A stretch of 64,000 nucleotides of DNA from an uncultured Nitrososphaerales archaeon (GCA_963695855.1 CAVOHZ010000010.1:1216001-1280000); one strand, 5' to 3'; counted from the first letter of the stretch, positions 42,730-53,205 are shown. The notes: generated by a model not told the origin, from the letters alone. Numbers and translations are program-made.

Positions 42730-43395
42730 GGGTGTGTTCAGATAAGCAGCAAAAGCTATAGCTGAGAATGTTCTAAATATACTATGAAAATCAAATTTGA
42801 AAGAAATACAACATGTAACTGTATTGTAATATATTCTTTGTATCTATATTTTCTTGGTCTCAGTTTAAGAAATACTTCTAAAGTATTAATGCTCTTTAAA
42901 CAAACGTAAGAAAAGGAGTTACGTGTCTGTATGGAATTGGGGTTCAAAGATTTGGATCCTGCCAGATCTATAAAAGAAAAAGAATAACTGCCTTTATTAT
43001 AGATGAAACTATTATTCAGATTGGTAATCAGCACTTCTGGTTATGGTTTTGTATTGAACCAATCCACAGTTCTTTGCTTGGAATCTATATCTCAGAGGAG
43101 AGAAACATGATAGTTGCTGAAAAGTTCATAAGGTCTGTTGTATCAAACTATGGAACACATGCCGTGTATACAGATAATGGAGGTACATGGTATGATAAAG
43201 CATGTAACGTAATTGGATTAAAACAGTATCTACACTCACCATTTCAGAAAAATTTTGATGGAAAGAGTCAACCAGTATTTGAAAGACAGAATAGAAAGTT
43301 TTGATGATTACTCTCCTTGTATGCAAGAGGATTGTAATCTATTTCATGTACATAACTGGATACAATTCTTTGTTTCGATGTATAATGATACTATA
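42730..43395 (+). mobile_element. IS6-family element, second degraded copy, right end lost
   Basis: Collinear DNA similarity to 31795-32455. Confidence 0.85.
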
Positions 43396-43406
43396 TATAA
43401 AAGCAT

Positions 43407-43660
43407 TCAACAATCTCCTAATCTTTTGGTTTCTGAGCTACCTTCTTTAGTACATACATTTTTGAGATTATACCCACAATTATCAATATATGCCTTGTAG
43501 TTATCATAATAGACATCATGATACCCTATTTTTTTGAATTCATCCATTAGCCAATCGGCTGCCTTATTGATGTGTGTAGATTTACTATGTCTATTATGAA
43601 ACAAGATTAGATAATTTAATTTTGTTTTTATATTATCCAATGAAACTTCACCTAATAATG
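43407..43660 (-). pseudogene. M28 peptidase-like N-terminal fragment
   Basis: FHNRHS.S..I..AADWL..EF...GY...NV..K.G; ends at the IS6 remnant. Confidence 0.55.
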
Positions 43661-43982
43661 ATATAACGGCATATCTAATTTTTTTTCAGACTTTTGTATG
43701 TCAATTATAATTGTTTTTGTATTTCTAATTCTTTTATCTATTTGAAAATTTTTACACATATTTAATTCAACAGTATATTTTACTCATGAACTTTTTATTA
43801 TCCTCCACTATCTTATCATTATCTATTTGTTTATTAAAAAAGGATCTTAAAACCTTGTCTTTTTTGTAAATTGCAATAGCATTTTTAGAATCAGTATTAA
43901 TTTCTGACATGCGAATGTTTTTCTCGATATATTTAGGTTTATTTATGAGCAAATAGAAAATACTTCTATGTTAAAATTTACA

Positions 43983-44004
43983 ATCTTTTAGACGCCGAAA
44001 AGAT
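43983..44004. repeat. CGGCGCCG palindrome, copy 4 (degenerate)
   Basis: ATCTTTTAGACGCCGAAAAGAT. Confidence 0.55.
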
Positions 44005-44045
44005 TTTTTTACCAATAAAAATGGCTATAGAATTGTAATAATTAC

Positions 44046-44243
44046 TTAGAACTCTTCATCATTTTCTTCTTCTTTTGGTTTACTCCAATAAAAGACATTT
44101 GCAGCACCACATCTTCTACATTTGTTCGTTGACTTTACATAATCCTTCCAGTTTAACACTTTCCTATCAACTATAGTATGGACTTTGTCTGGTTGGGAGA
44201 CAACAATCTCTGCTTCGCACTTCCTGCAGGTAACTACACTCAT
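44046..44243 (-). CDS. small zinc-ribbon protein
   Basis: CRKC...PD..HT...CRRC...N.FYW. Confidence 0.7.
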   Translation of the reverse strand: MSVVTCRKCEAEIVVSQPDKVHTIVDRKVLNWKDYVKSTNKCRRCGAANVFYWSKPKEEENDEEF

Positions 44244-44590
44244 GATGATAATACAATATGTTTTTGGTTACCCATCTATCTATCTTTGTTTTTAAAAATT
44301 CAAGTTGTAGCTAGCATCAAAGGATTTGGATCACTATAACTTTAAATAAATTCCGTTATAAAAAAATAAACTACATTGTGATAATTACATTTACCCTAAC
44401 CTCTATATGAGCAACTCGACTTCTACTTCCGCAACTAAGATGCTCGAGTAATTTATTTTATCCCTTGTTCTCCGGAATTACCAAAAAAATGATGATATAC
44501 TAAATATATTTATGGACTATTCATTAGATATTTTTATTTTTAAAGTTCTAAAGAAAATTTAAAAAAAGATACTTTGTTATATGATTTACA

Positions 44591-45223
44591 TTGAATAAAA
44601 AAATTCCATTAATTGTTGGAATCCTCATTTTTAATGATGTAGAGATCTTAGATGTTGCTGGACCTTTTGAGGTATTTGCTGTCACTCGTTTAAATGAAAA
44701 ACGACGAGTAAAGCAATCGTCACCATTTAAAGTATATTTAATAGCTGAAAAGAATAAACAAATTACAGCAATTGGTGGTCTACGTTTAACTCCTGATGTA
44801 ACCATTAGTGAATGTCCGGAATTGGATTTATTGGTAGTACCTGGTGGATGGGGCACACGTAAAGAATCAAAAAATAAAATTCTATTAAATTGGATTAGTA
44901 ATCAATTTAATACTATTACTGATGATAGATTGATTGCCTCAGTTTGTACGGGATCTAGTATTCTTGGAAAAGCAGGCTTGTTAGATGGACGAGATGCAAC
45001 TACTCATTGGCGAGCTTTTGATTTCCTGCAGGAATCTGCACCGAAAGCACGAATTCTCAAAAATGTTAGATTTACATTGACTGAACCCATATTTACATCT
45101 GCTGGTGTTTCTGCTGGAATCGATTTAGCCCTTCGTATAGTAAGTCATTTTTTTGGAACTGAAATAGGACAAACTACTGCTCGCCAAATGGAATATCCTT
45201 ATCCTAGTAGTGACCAAAGATGA
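44591..45223 (+). CDS. DJ-1/PfpI family protein
   Basis: E.LD.AGP.EVF, VPGG.G, SVCTG, ATTHW, TSAGVSAGID. Confidence 0.92.
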   Translation: MNKKIPLIVGILIFNDVEILDVAGPFEVFAVTRLNEKRRVKQSSPFKVYLIAEKNKQITAIGGLRLTPDVTISECPELDLLVVPGGWGTRKESKNKILLNWISNQFNTITDDRLIASVCTGSSILGKAGLLDGRDATTHWRAFDFLQESAPKARILKNVRFTLTEPIFTSAGVSAGIDLALRIVSHFFGTEIGQTTARQMEYPYPSSDQR

Positions 45224-45329
45224 TAATCTAATAAATTTCTAATAAATTTTGTTAATCTATAATGAGATTGGAAATAAAGTAAATCTATCACTAAACAAAA
45301 TGAGCTATCTGATTTTGTTACTGTTATTG

Positions 45330-45390
45330 AGTTTGAGAATATGATAAAGGAGATGATATTAAAAGCATCGTTGTATAAGTGGTTTCAAAA
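45330..45390 (+). mobile_element. IS5-family (ISH1/IS903-like) transposase C-terminal remnant
   Basis: FENMIKEMILKASLYKWF; similar to 48190-48240. Confidence 0.5.
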
Positions 45391-46127
45391 AATAACTATC
45401 AAAAGATTAAAACTTTTGGGAAAAGACGATTATTATATAATCTTCTAAATAGCGTTCTGTAAACTATTTGTCGGATTTACAACATAAATTTTGTATTTGC
45501 AATAGAATAATTTTTTCCACATAATTGATAGTATACCAAATCAACCAAAAATATTTCTCGTTGTAAAGTATCTATTGTATCGAAAATTTAGTCTTTATTG
45601 TGAGTATCAAAATAGATTTTAGTCATCTGAACTCTTTCTAGAATTAACTCTGGTATTAATTGGTATCCTGTGTTGATTTCAATTAACAAGAATTGTAAAT
45701 CCAAAAGAATTTTTAACTTTTGTCTTTATTTTTAAATGCTGCAGATGCTTTTCTGTCTTCTTTAAAATCGACATAAGTTGCAAAATTGAATGGAGTCGAA
45801 TTTATTACTAAATAAAATAATATTTATGTTAGGATTTTGTAAATCGACTTAATCTGCATAAGCAAATTCAACTACTTTAAACTGAAAATATTCTTATGTT
45901 AACCATCTTTAAATTTTGTCTTTAATAATTAAAGCATATACATATATTCTACTAATTCACGATAAAATTATTGATAATTAATTACACTAATATTAAAAAA
46001 TATGATAGGGTTATCAAATTAAAGTTCCGCTCATTGAATCGGTCTATTCTTTCAAATTTTAGCATCCGAACATGAAGATAGGTTTATGGAAATTAATAAA
46101 CGATTTGTAAAGAGATAGTATTTTATA

Positions 46128-48086
46128 ATGAACAATTACAAAAAAGTAAAAATAGATTTTTCTCTAAAAAGAGAAATATTTTTTGTAATAGTTGGAGCTA
46201 TCATAGGTGCAATTGTTTTTGTTATTCCTAAAACGATTTTTGAAGTAGTAATGGGAATGCCTTATTACTTATCATGGATAGTATTTGGACATGTCATTGG
46301 AGTATATTCATCAAATGTAATCGTAGCGGGTATAGGGATACATATGTTAACTGCTATTTCAATAGGAGTCGTGGTAGGCATCTTTTTGTATAAAACTGGA
46401 ATATTAAATATTAGTAAACCATCCAATGGAATAATATATGGAATCTTTGCTGGTACTGCAGTATTCATAATTTTCTTTATACCTGTGTATCAATTTGTTA
46501 TTACTCCCCAAACAATAGACACAATCCATAGAATGACTCAAAATGAACAAGAAGCAATCGAATATGAACTTTCATCACAATTACCAACTGTTTTGATAGG
46601 TTCTCTAGTTACCCACCTCGTTTTTGGTATTACTGTGGGTCTTGTTTCTTCTAGCCTTTCTATAAAATTTGGTACTCGATATAGGTGTGCAAAGTGCGAT
46701 ATATCTTTCGGTAGAATTGATTCATATCAAAAACATGCTGAACTAATACATGGAACCAAACCAATAGAACTAAAAAGGATAGTGATTTTGGGTGGCGGAT
46801 TTGCAGGAATAAAAATATTACAACAGTTACAAAAAGAATTTCAAGATAATATTGATGTAGATATAACTATTGTAAGTAGAGATAATTTTTTTCTCTTCAC
46901 TCCTATGCTCCCAGAAGTAGCTGCAAGTGCAATAGAGACAAGACATATAATTACACCGATCAGATCATTCTGCAAGAGAGCTAGGTTTTTTGAAGCATAC
47001 GTAGATTCAATAGATCTACAAAAAAAACATGTAAGCATCAGATATAATATAGGAAAACAGTCCATTCCATTAAATGACAGAGTAAAAGTTCTAAAATATG
47101 ATTATCTAGTTTTAGCACTTGGAGGAGACACCAATTTTTTTGACATAGAAAGTGCATCTAAAAATGCATTCACAATAAAGACTATTGGTGATGCGTTGTT
47201 ATTGCGAGATCATGTTATAAATATGCTGGAGCAAGCTGATATGGAATATGAAAATATAGAATTACAAAAAAGATTAATGACATTTGTAGTGGTAGGAGGC
47301 GGCTTTTCTGGTATAGAAACTGTTGGAGAATTAAATGATTTTGTTCGTGATTCTGTTAAACAGTATTATCACAACATTGATATCAAATATATTAAAATAA
47401 TATTGATAAATTCTGGATCAAGAATTTTACCAGAAGTCTCAGATGATTTATCAGATTTTACTCTAAACAAACTCGAAAAAAATGGAGTTCAAATTATCTT
47501 AAATAAAAGAGTTAAAGAAATAGATGAGAATTACGCGTTATTAAACGATGAAGAGAGAATATGGAGTAATACAGTAATTTGGGCGGGAGGAGTTAAACCG
47601 AATAACATTATAAGCAGTTTAAATTGCGAACATGATAGATCAGGAAAAATAATTACTAACGAATACCTAAAAGTAAATGGATATACAAGTATTTTTGCAC
47701 TAGGAGATTGTGCTTTTATAATCGACCCTAATACTGGAAAACCATATCCACCTACAGCTCAGCATGCATTAAGGGCAGCTAAAATAGCATCTAACAACAT
47801 AATTAATGAAATACACTCAAAGAAAAACAAGAAGAAAGAAGAATTAGTTTTTAACTACAAAACTAAAGGTATGATGGCTCTTATAGGAAAAAGAAATGGT
47901 GTAGGTTTAATATTTGGACACAAAATTCAAGGTTTTATTGGATGGATATTCTGGAGGCTATATTACTGGGGAAATCTTCCAACTACTGAAAGAAAATTGA
48001 GAGTAATGTTGGACTGGTTTATAGATCTATTCTTCAAAAGAGACATAACGAGAATAAAAACTCGGACAGAACATGCAGAAAATTAA
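46128..48086 (+). CDS. type II NADH dehydrogenase-like flavoprotein fused to an N-terminal membrane domain and C2H2 finger
   Basis: GGGFAG, FTP.LPE, GGGFSG.E..GE, FALGDCA, PPTAQ.A; preceded by 4 TM segments and CAKC-x12-H-x4-H. Confidence 0.9.
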   Translation: MNNYKKVKIDFSLKREIFFVIVGAIIGAIVFVIPKTIFEVVMGMPYYLSWIVFGHVIGVYSSNVIVAGIGIHMLTAISIGVVVGIFLYKTGILNISKPSNGIIYGIFAGTAVFIIFFIPVYQFVITPQTIDTIHRMTQNEQEAIEYELSSQLPTVLIGSLVTHLVFGITVGLVSSSLSIKFGTRYRCAKCDISFGRIDSYQKHAELIHGTKPIELKRIVILGGGFAGIKILQQLQKEFQDNIDVDITIVSRDNFFLFTPMLPEVAASAIETRHIITPIRSFCKRARFFEAYVDSIDLQKKHVSIRYNIGKQSIPLNDRVKVLKYDYLVLALGGDTNFFDIESASKNAFTIKTIGDALLLRDHVINMLEQADMEYENIELQKRLMTFVVVGGGFSGIETVGELNDFVRDSVKQYYHNIDIKYIKIILINSGSRILPEVSDDLSDFTLNKLEKNGVQIILNKRVKEIDENYALLNDEERIWSNTVIWAGGVKPNNIISSLNCEHDRSGKIITNEYLKVNGYTSIFALGDCAFIIDPNTGKPYPPTAQHALRAAKIASNNIINEIHSKKNKKKEELVFNYKTKGMMALIGKRNGVGLIFGHKIQGFIGWIFWRLYYWGNLPTTERKLRVMLDWFIDLFFKRDITRIKTRTEHAEN

Positions 48087-48089
48087 TTT

Positions 48090-48320
48090 GCAAGAATGGA
48101 AAGACAGCTTAAGCTACGGTGAGATGAATAATAGAATACTTATTTCATGTATCAAAAGAATGTTTGGAGAATATGTTACTCTATCAAATTTGAGAACACG
48201 ATAAAGGACATTATACTAAAAGTATCATTGTACAACTTGCCTCAAAGTATAACTGTTACCTGATTACTAGTTGGATTCGAATAAATAACGATTATCCGAG
48301 TTACTCAACAAAGCATAAAT
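48090..48320 (+). mobile_element. IS5-family (ISH1/IS903-like) 3' remnant
   Basis: WKDSLSYG...SCIKRMFGEYV...FENTIKDIILKVSLYN across frames. Confidence 0.6.
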
Positions 48321-48600
48321 AATCTAAACCTTATGCGACTTTTTTTTAAGAATGATTCAAAACAAAAAACTCTGCCTTGTAATAATAATTTGTTTTTAAG
48401 TATGCTTAGATCCTTTAGGAAAACTTTTCCAAGTGTCATTATTGTTTTTTTAGTGATGATATAAAAATAACCTGAGAGATTTTACCATTCAAAAAACAAA
48501 GCCAATAATAAAAATTTTTATTATAATGGATTTTTAAACTAAAATTCACACAGAATTAACAAACAACTACATTATTTACTATTTGTTTTATAGGATAGTT

Positions 48601-49143
48601 ATGTCAAAAGAAGAAATAGCAAAATCAATAATTTCTCAAGAGATATGTCAAATATATTCTGATGCGTCTAAAATCAAAGAAAATGGATGTGCAGCATGTC
48701 ATGTGCTATTTACCTTAGTTGATAAAATGCAGATAAGTGAACAAGATGCTTCAGAATTACTATCAGAGATTCTAACCAATGAACCAAATCTAAATGATCA
48801 ATTTATTGAAATGATCGAAACTATTCATATGAAACAAAGAATGATTGGTGTAACATTTTCAACTAAAACCAGACAAGCTAAAGATCGGTATATAGATTTA
48901 AATCTAAAAAACTTTTTGGAAGAACTATCAACCGATTTGGTAAATTATGGTAGTGATATAATATTACGTAAACTACTTTTATCGTCAATTTCATTACAAA
49001 TAGCACAAAATATAGGAATAGACCATCATTCAGCAACTGAAGAACTTTATTATTATATTCGTAAAAATGAACAGAATACAGATCAAAATATAACACAGTT
49101 CATTGACAAATTTTATGAAAGAATCATAAAAAGTAACAAATGA
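48601..49143 (+). CDS. conserved-type hypothetical protein with CAACH motif
   Basis: ATG at 48601; soluble helical composition. Confidence 0.8.
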   Translation: MSKEEIAKSIISQEICQIYSDASKIKENGCAACHVLFTLVDKMQISEQDASELLSEILTNEPNLNDQFIEMIETIHMKQRMIGVTFSTKTRQAKDRYIDLNLKNFLEELSTDLVNYGSDIILRKLLLSSISLQIAQNIGIDHHSATEELYYYIRKNEQNTDQNITQFIDKFYERIIKSNK

Positions 49144-49205
49144 GGTATTAGCAATATTTATAATGTTAAAATTTATGATATTAAAATTAATTTAGTTTAA
49201 TCAAG

Positions 49206-49241
49206 ATCAGAGGACTTCGAGTATGACATGTAATTGGGATC
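49206..49241 (+). repeat. att-like dispersed repeat, family 2, site J
   Basis: atcagaggacttcgagtatgacatgtaattgggatc. Confidence 0.7.
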
Positions 49242-49248
49242 GGCACTC

Positions 49249-49630
49249 TCATATTTGGTCATTTAGTACCTCATTTGAAATCTTTACCATATATTTCTGA
49301 GAGAATTTTGAAATAAAGACAAAGGGAATCAATGGAATTTGAAATTGAACGCTTCTATAAAATGGGACCAGTTACTTTTTGAATAAATTACTGTTATTTA
49401 TCCTCTACTTTCGAATTTTTATTTCAAAATTTTTTAGTTTTCCAGGTCATATATAGAAATTGGAGGATACTTTTGATCTAGATCTTTAACTATTTTAGTC
49501 TTTTCTAGATTGGAGCATCATCAACAATACGTTTGATTGCTACAGTTGTTTTAGGCATTTCTTTAGTTCCTTGAGCTATTTCATCGGTCATACCTGCAGT
49601 ATTTCTATACTGTGTTTAAAATGAAGATAT
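49249..49630 (-). pseudogene. possible WrbA/flavodoxin-like remnant
   Basis: QYRNTAGMTDEIAQGTK...VAIKRI.D...SIYDLE; heavily decayed. Confidence 0.35.
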
Positions 49631-49657
49631 TGGTTGTTATTGTCTTTGTATTTTTAC

Positions 49658-49776
49658 GGGCCTGTTAAGTTAAGTATAAAATATAAGATATGTTTTGTTT
49701 GTCTATAATGTTCTACACTCAATTTTAGTAGATTTTTTCAATTTAATTTGTAGTTTTTGCTTAACTTAACAGAGCC
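49658..49776 (-). mobile_element. 119-bp MITE, inverted copy of 11642..11760
   Basis: Reverse-complement similarity over the full length; 8-bp duplication ATTTTTAC. Confidence 0.9.
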
Positions 49777-49911
49777 ATTTTTACTCAATAATTGATATAG
49801 ATAACATATAATATAAATCCTATAATTTAAGACAATAAATACATAATTTTTACATTTACATTTATATTATAAATACAAACATCTAAAAATATTATATATC
49901 TATATGCATTA

Positions 49912-50529
49912 TTATCTTATTTTATTACCTAATTCTTCAATAAAAGCAATTTCTGATAATGGTTTTCTTTCTCTAGGGGAATTAGCTTTTTCTCTATATC
50001 TTTCAGGTAATATTTCGTGAGAATCTTGGTATCCAATTGCTATCATTATACCTATTTCATATTCATCGGGAATATTGAAAACTTTCACCGCTTTGTCTCT
50101 ATCAAATCCACCCATTTCATGCATAATTAATCCTTGATTGAATGATTCAAGAAACATATTTTCATTGGCTGCACCTAAATCGTGAAAGTGAAGTCTATTA
50201 TAAATTCCATTATTAGAATAAGTTTTCTTTGTTATTGCACAAATTAAAATTGGAGCTCGTTTAGCATAATTGTTTATTTCCAATAATACTGATCTTGCTT
50301 TATCAAGCTTCTCTGGATTATCATCTGTAAAAACTATGTAACGCCATGGTTGTTCATTACGCGATGATGGTGCCCATCTAGCGGCTTCGAGAATAGAAAG
50401 TAATTTTGATTTTTCTACTTTTTTAGTTGAAAATGCTCTTGCACTCCATCGTCTTGCAATTAACTTATGTATTGGAAAATCTGTATTTGCTATTTTTGTT
50501 ATCAAATCATTATTATTTTTATCACTCAC
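49912..50529 (-). CDS. nitroreductase family protein
   Basis: RWS.RAF, LEAARWAPS..NEQPW, DLGAA, H.MGGFD, RKPL. Confidence 0.92.
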   Translation of the reverse strand: MSDKNNNDLITKIANTDFPIHKLIARRWSARAFSTKKVEKSKLLSILEAARWAPSSRNEQPWRYIVFTDDNPEKLDKARSVLLEINNYAKRAPILICAITKKTYSNNGIYNRLHFHDLGAANENMFLESFNQGLIMHEMGGFDRDKAVKVFNIPDEYEIGIMIAIGYQDSHEILPERYREKANSPRERKPLSEIAFIEELGNKIR

Positions 50530-50615
50530 AAAAAATCACCAATTTCTCTTACTTTTTTTTGTTGTCCTTTGCTTTTATATTCTATCCATTTTACTCTTTC
50601 AAAATAGATGTATAT

Positions 50616-50673
50616 GAACCCCGATATAATACTGGCTCGGAGAATAGTTAACTGTTTTGACAAATTTTGTAGT
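50616..50673 (+). repeat. att-like dispersed repeat, family 1, site H
   Basis: gaaccccgatataatactggctcggagaataGTTAActgttTTGACaaattttgtagt. Confidence 0.85.
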
Positions 50674-50765
50674 CAACAAAAATAAAATGATAGATAGCGA
50701 CCTAAATTTTAAGTTATAAAACATGAATCATAAATATATAAAATGAGTTAGTAATAATTACAAGG

Positions 50766-51344
50766 TTGAACAAAAAGGTTGAATTTGATGGAGATAATGG
50801 CATCAGAAGAAATAACAAATCAATAAATGAACAAGTCATTAGAGATTCTGTTAAATGGAGTATTACAGAATATTCTGTATTTGTTAGTAAGATAGTAAAA
50901 AGAGCTTTAAGCTTGAATACTGATAAGAAACTTGAAAAAGGTTGGTTCTCTGGAATTTATGTGAATTATCAAGGAGAAATAAATTTCACCGATCCTTTCA
51001 CTATGGAAAATAGACCTGCTAATAACGACATTATAGGAGCAGTTGGATCATTCAATCTTAATGATTCTCAAGAATATTATGTCATTCCAGAAACAAACAA
51101 TAAATTTGTAGAAGTATTAGATAATAAAGGAGAAACTGATCCTGATTTTCCTTTAAAAGATTATCCTTTACATTTAATACACATTTCTTCAGATTCTAAA
51201 TATGCCAGTAAAGTGAGTATAAGAAAGTATGATGATGCTGTCTCTAATTTTATTAAAAATGAAATTCAAAAAGGTTCATTTTTAAATTTATTCGAGATAT
51301 ACATTGAAGAGAAAATAAATAAATTAAATAATTTAAATAAATAA
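50766..51344 (+). CDS. hypothetical protein
   Basis: 192-aa ORF with TTG start. Confidence 0.65.
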   Translation: MNKKVEFDGDNGIRRNNKSINEQVIRDSVKWSITEYSVFVSKIVKRALSLNTDKKLEKGWFSGIYVNYQGEINFTDPFTMENRPANNDIIGAVGSFNLNDSQEYYVIPETNNKFVEVLDNKGETDPDFPLKDYPLHLIHISSDSKYASKVSIRKYDDAVSNFIKNEIQKGSFLNLFEIYIEEKINKLNNLNK

Positions 51345-51947
51345 TATTACTATTTAGTTGATAATTCTCATTATAGCAGAGTTCGGTAACATAATATAAT
51401 AATAAGTTTTTGATTATTCCATGAATTATTTATTAGTGATACAAATTTAAAATCAATTAAAAAAGTAAAAGATAACTTAGCAGATCCGTCTAATCTGTAT
51501 TTTCGTAGATATTGATATCTTTGACAGGAATGATATGGCATCATTGTGATTGTATTATTTAATCTAGTATGCTATAATTGTAATAAGATTCAATACTATA
51601 AATTTGTAGATTGCAGATAAAGACAAAGACAATAATAATATAATATAATCAGAAATAGGAACAAACAAAATAAAATTCTAAGAATATTCCAATTACTATT
51701 TCTTTAATAAATTCAATTTAAGTATTTTACACTTTGCACAATTATTACTACTATTTGATTTGCATTTACTAGAATTATTCATTTATAGTTAGATCTTTCG
51801 TCAAATTAACAAGACCCTAATTTTCTATGAGCACATATAATTTTCTAATTATCATGAATAATATTTTAGCTGTATTTGTAAGATGTTTATAGCATATAGA
51901 AGGATTTAAAAAATACTATAATAAACAACTAAAAAATTGAGTTAAAG

Positions 51948-52490
51948 TTATTTATTTAGTTTCCATATCTTGGTTATTGAATTTCCATTTTGATCTATTT
52001 CATCTGCATATACCCCAACTATATTATTTAGTACAGATAGTACTCCAGTATTAGTAGTATCAAAATTCACCGATCCCAAGTTTCTTAATTTTCCATCATC
52101 ATTAAGCTTTCCAATGCCACTAAAAGTATATTTTGCTACCTTATTATCGAGTGTTATAAGTATCCCGTGACCTTTTGTGTACTTATAGCCATCGTCCTTT
52201 AAACTAGACCAAGCAGTTCCAAAATCTATTATAGGAATATTTCCATTTAGTGTACCATTACCTGACCAAGATACTTCTAGTTCTGGTTTATCAATATTTG
52301 TTAATCTCATTCCTCCACCTTGTCCTTTCAATACTAATAGTAATTCGCCTATACTTACAGAAAGATCTTTAGTGGAAGTTGTATTTGTCATGTTATTCAT
52401 ATTAGTTTCCATTTGTGCATTAATCGTACTTGATGTTGTCAAAAAAAATATTGACATAACCAGTATTCCAAAAGTTATTAGATATTTCAT
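51948..52490 (-). CDS. secreted hypothetical protein (Nitrososphaeraceae beta-rich family)
   Basis: Signal peptide; E.S..G.G.L.G, D.GT, G.G...T, LNN.VGVY..E.D..G.....W. Confidence 0.75.
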   Translation of the reverse strand: MKYLITFGILVMSIFFLTTSSTINAQMETNMNNMTNTTSTKDLSVSIGELLLVLKGQGGGMRLTNIDKPELEVSWSGNGTLNGNIPIIDFGTAWSSLKDDGYKYTKGHGILITLDNKVAKYTFSGIGKLNDDGKLRNLGSVNFDTTNTGVLSVLNNIVGVYADEIDQNGNSITKIWKLNK

Positions 52491-52644
52491 ATCTAATTAT
52501 TTATATATAAATTCTAGACTAAAAATATTTGTTAAATTAGACAAATGAAAAATTAGTAAAATCAAAATATATTAAAGAGTTTAACTTTACTTTGCTAATT
52601 TCTTCTACATTTTTCAGAACAGTTTCAAGTGTCTGTGGCATTAA

Positions 52645-52870
52645 GATATCTTTTATTTTTCATACATAATTAAAGTTATTTTGCACAATATCGAATAATA
52701 TCTTTGTGTCAGCTCTATTGATCTATTGCAATTTTCTGTAGTCCCTGCAACAAGTCTATTTATGAAATTTGTTGAATTACCTGTATAATCTTGTATTTTT
52801 TTTATCTATTGTGTTATGTGTTTGCTAATATCTTTATGGAATATTGAAATTTTTCCATGACTTATTGATG
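52645..52870 (-). pseudogene. decayed paralog of 32666..33223
   Basis: IQDYTGNSTNFINRLVAGTTENCNRSIELTQRYY aligns with IQDSTVNTTNFINEIFVSGVENVKKSLELSQRYY. Confidence 0.7.
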
Positions 52871-53205
52871 TTGGGCCCAATTTTTTCTTTATATTATAGT
52901 ATGATGAATATTTTTTTTCATATAGTTAGAAATAAAATATAAGATTCCGTACTTATCCCTCATTTTCGTTACTAAATTATTTTTATCAAAAATACTTGTA
53001 TGATGTTGAATACTTTTATAATTTGGTCGTAATTCTTCTTAAATTTTATTGATATTTAATGGATTTTTTATCAGAAGATCAAGGATTTTAATACGATTAT
53101 CGCCTCCTCTGGTCCCTGCAAAAAGAAACCATAACAATCGAATTATATCGGGATCAGGTATTGAGCATCAACAACAGTAGATAAGAAGTACAAAAAAAGT
53201 TATTT

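Noticed and set aside
19980-50673. Classical integron attC array
   Set aside because: No RYYYAAC/GTTRRRY boxes or long imperfect hairpin; modules are multi-gene with mixed orientation; no IntI recognised
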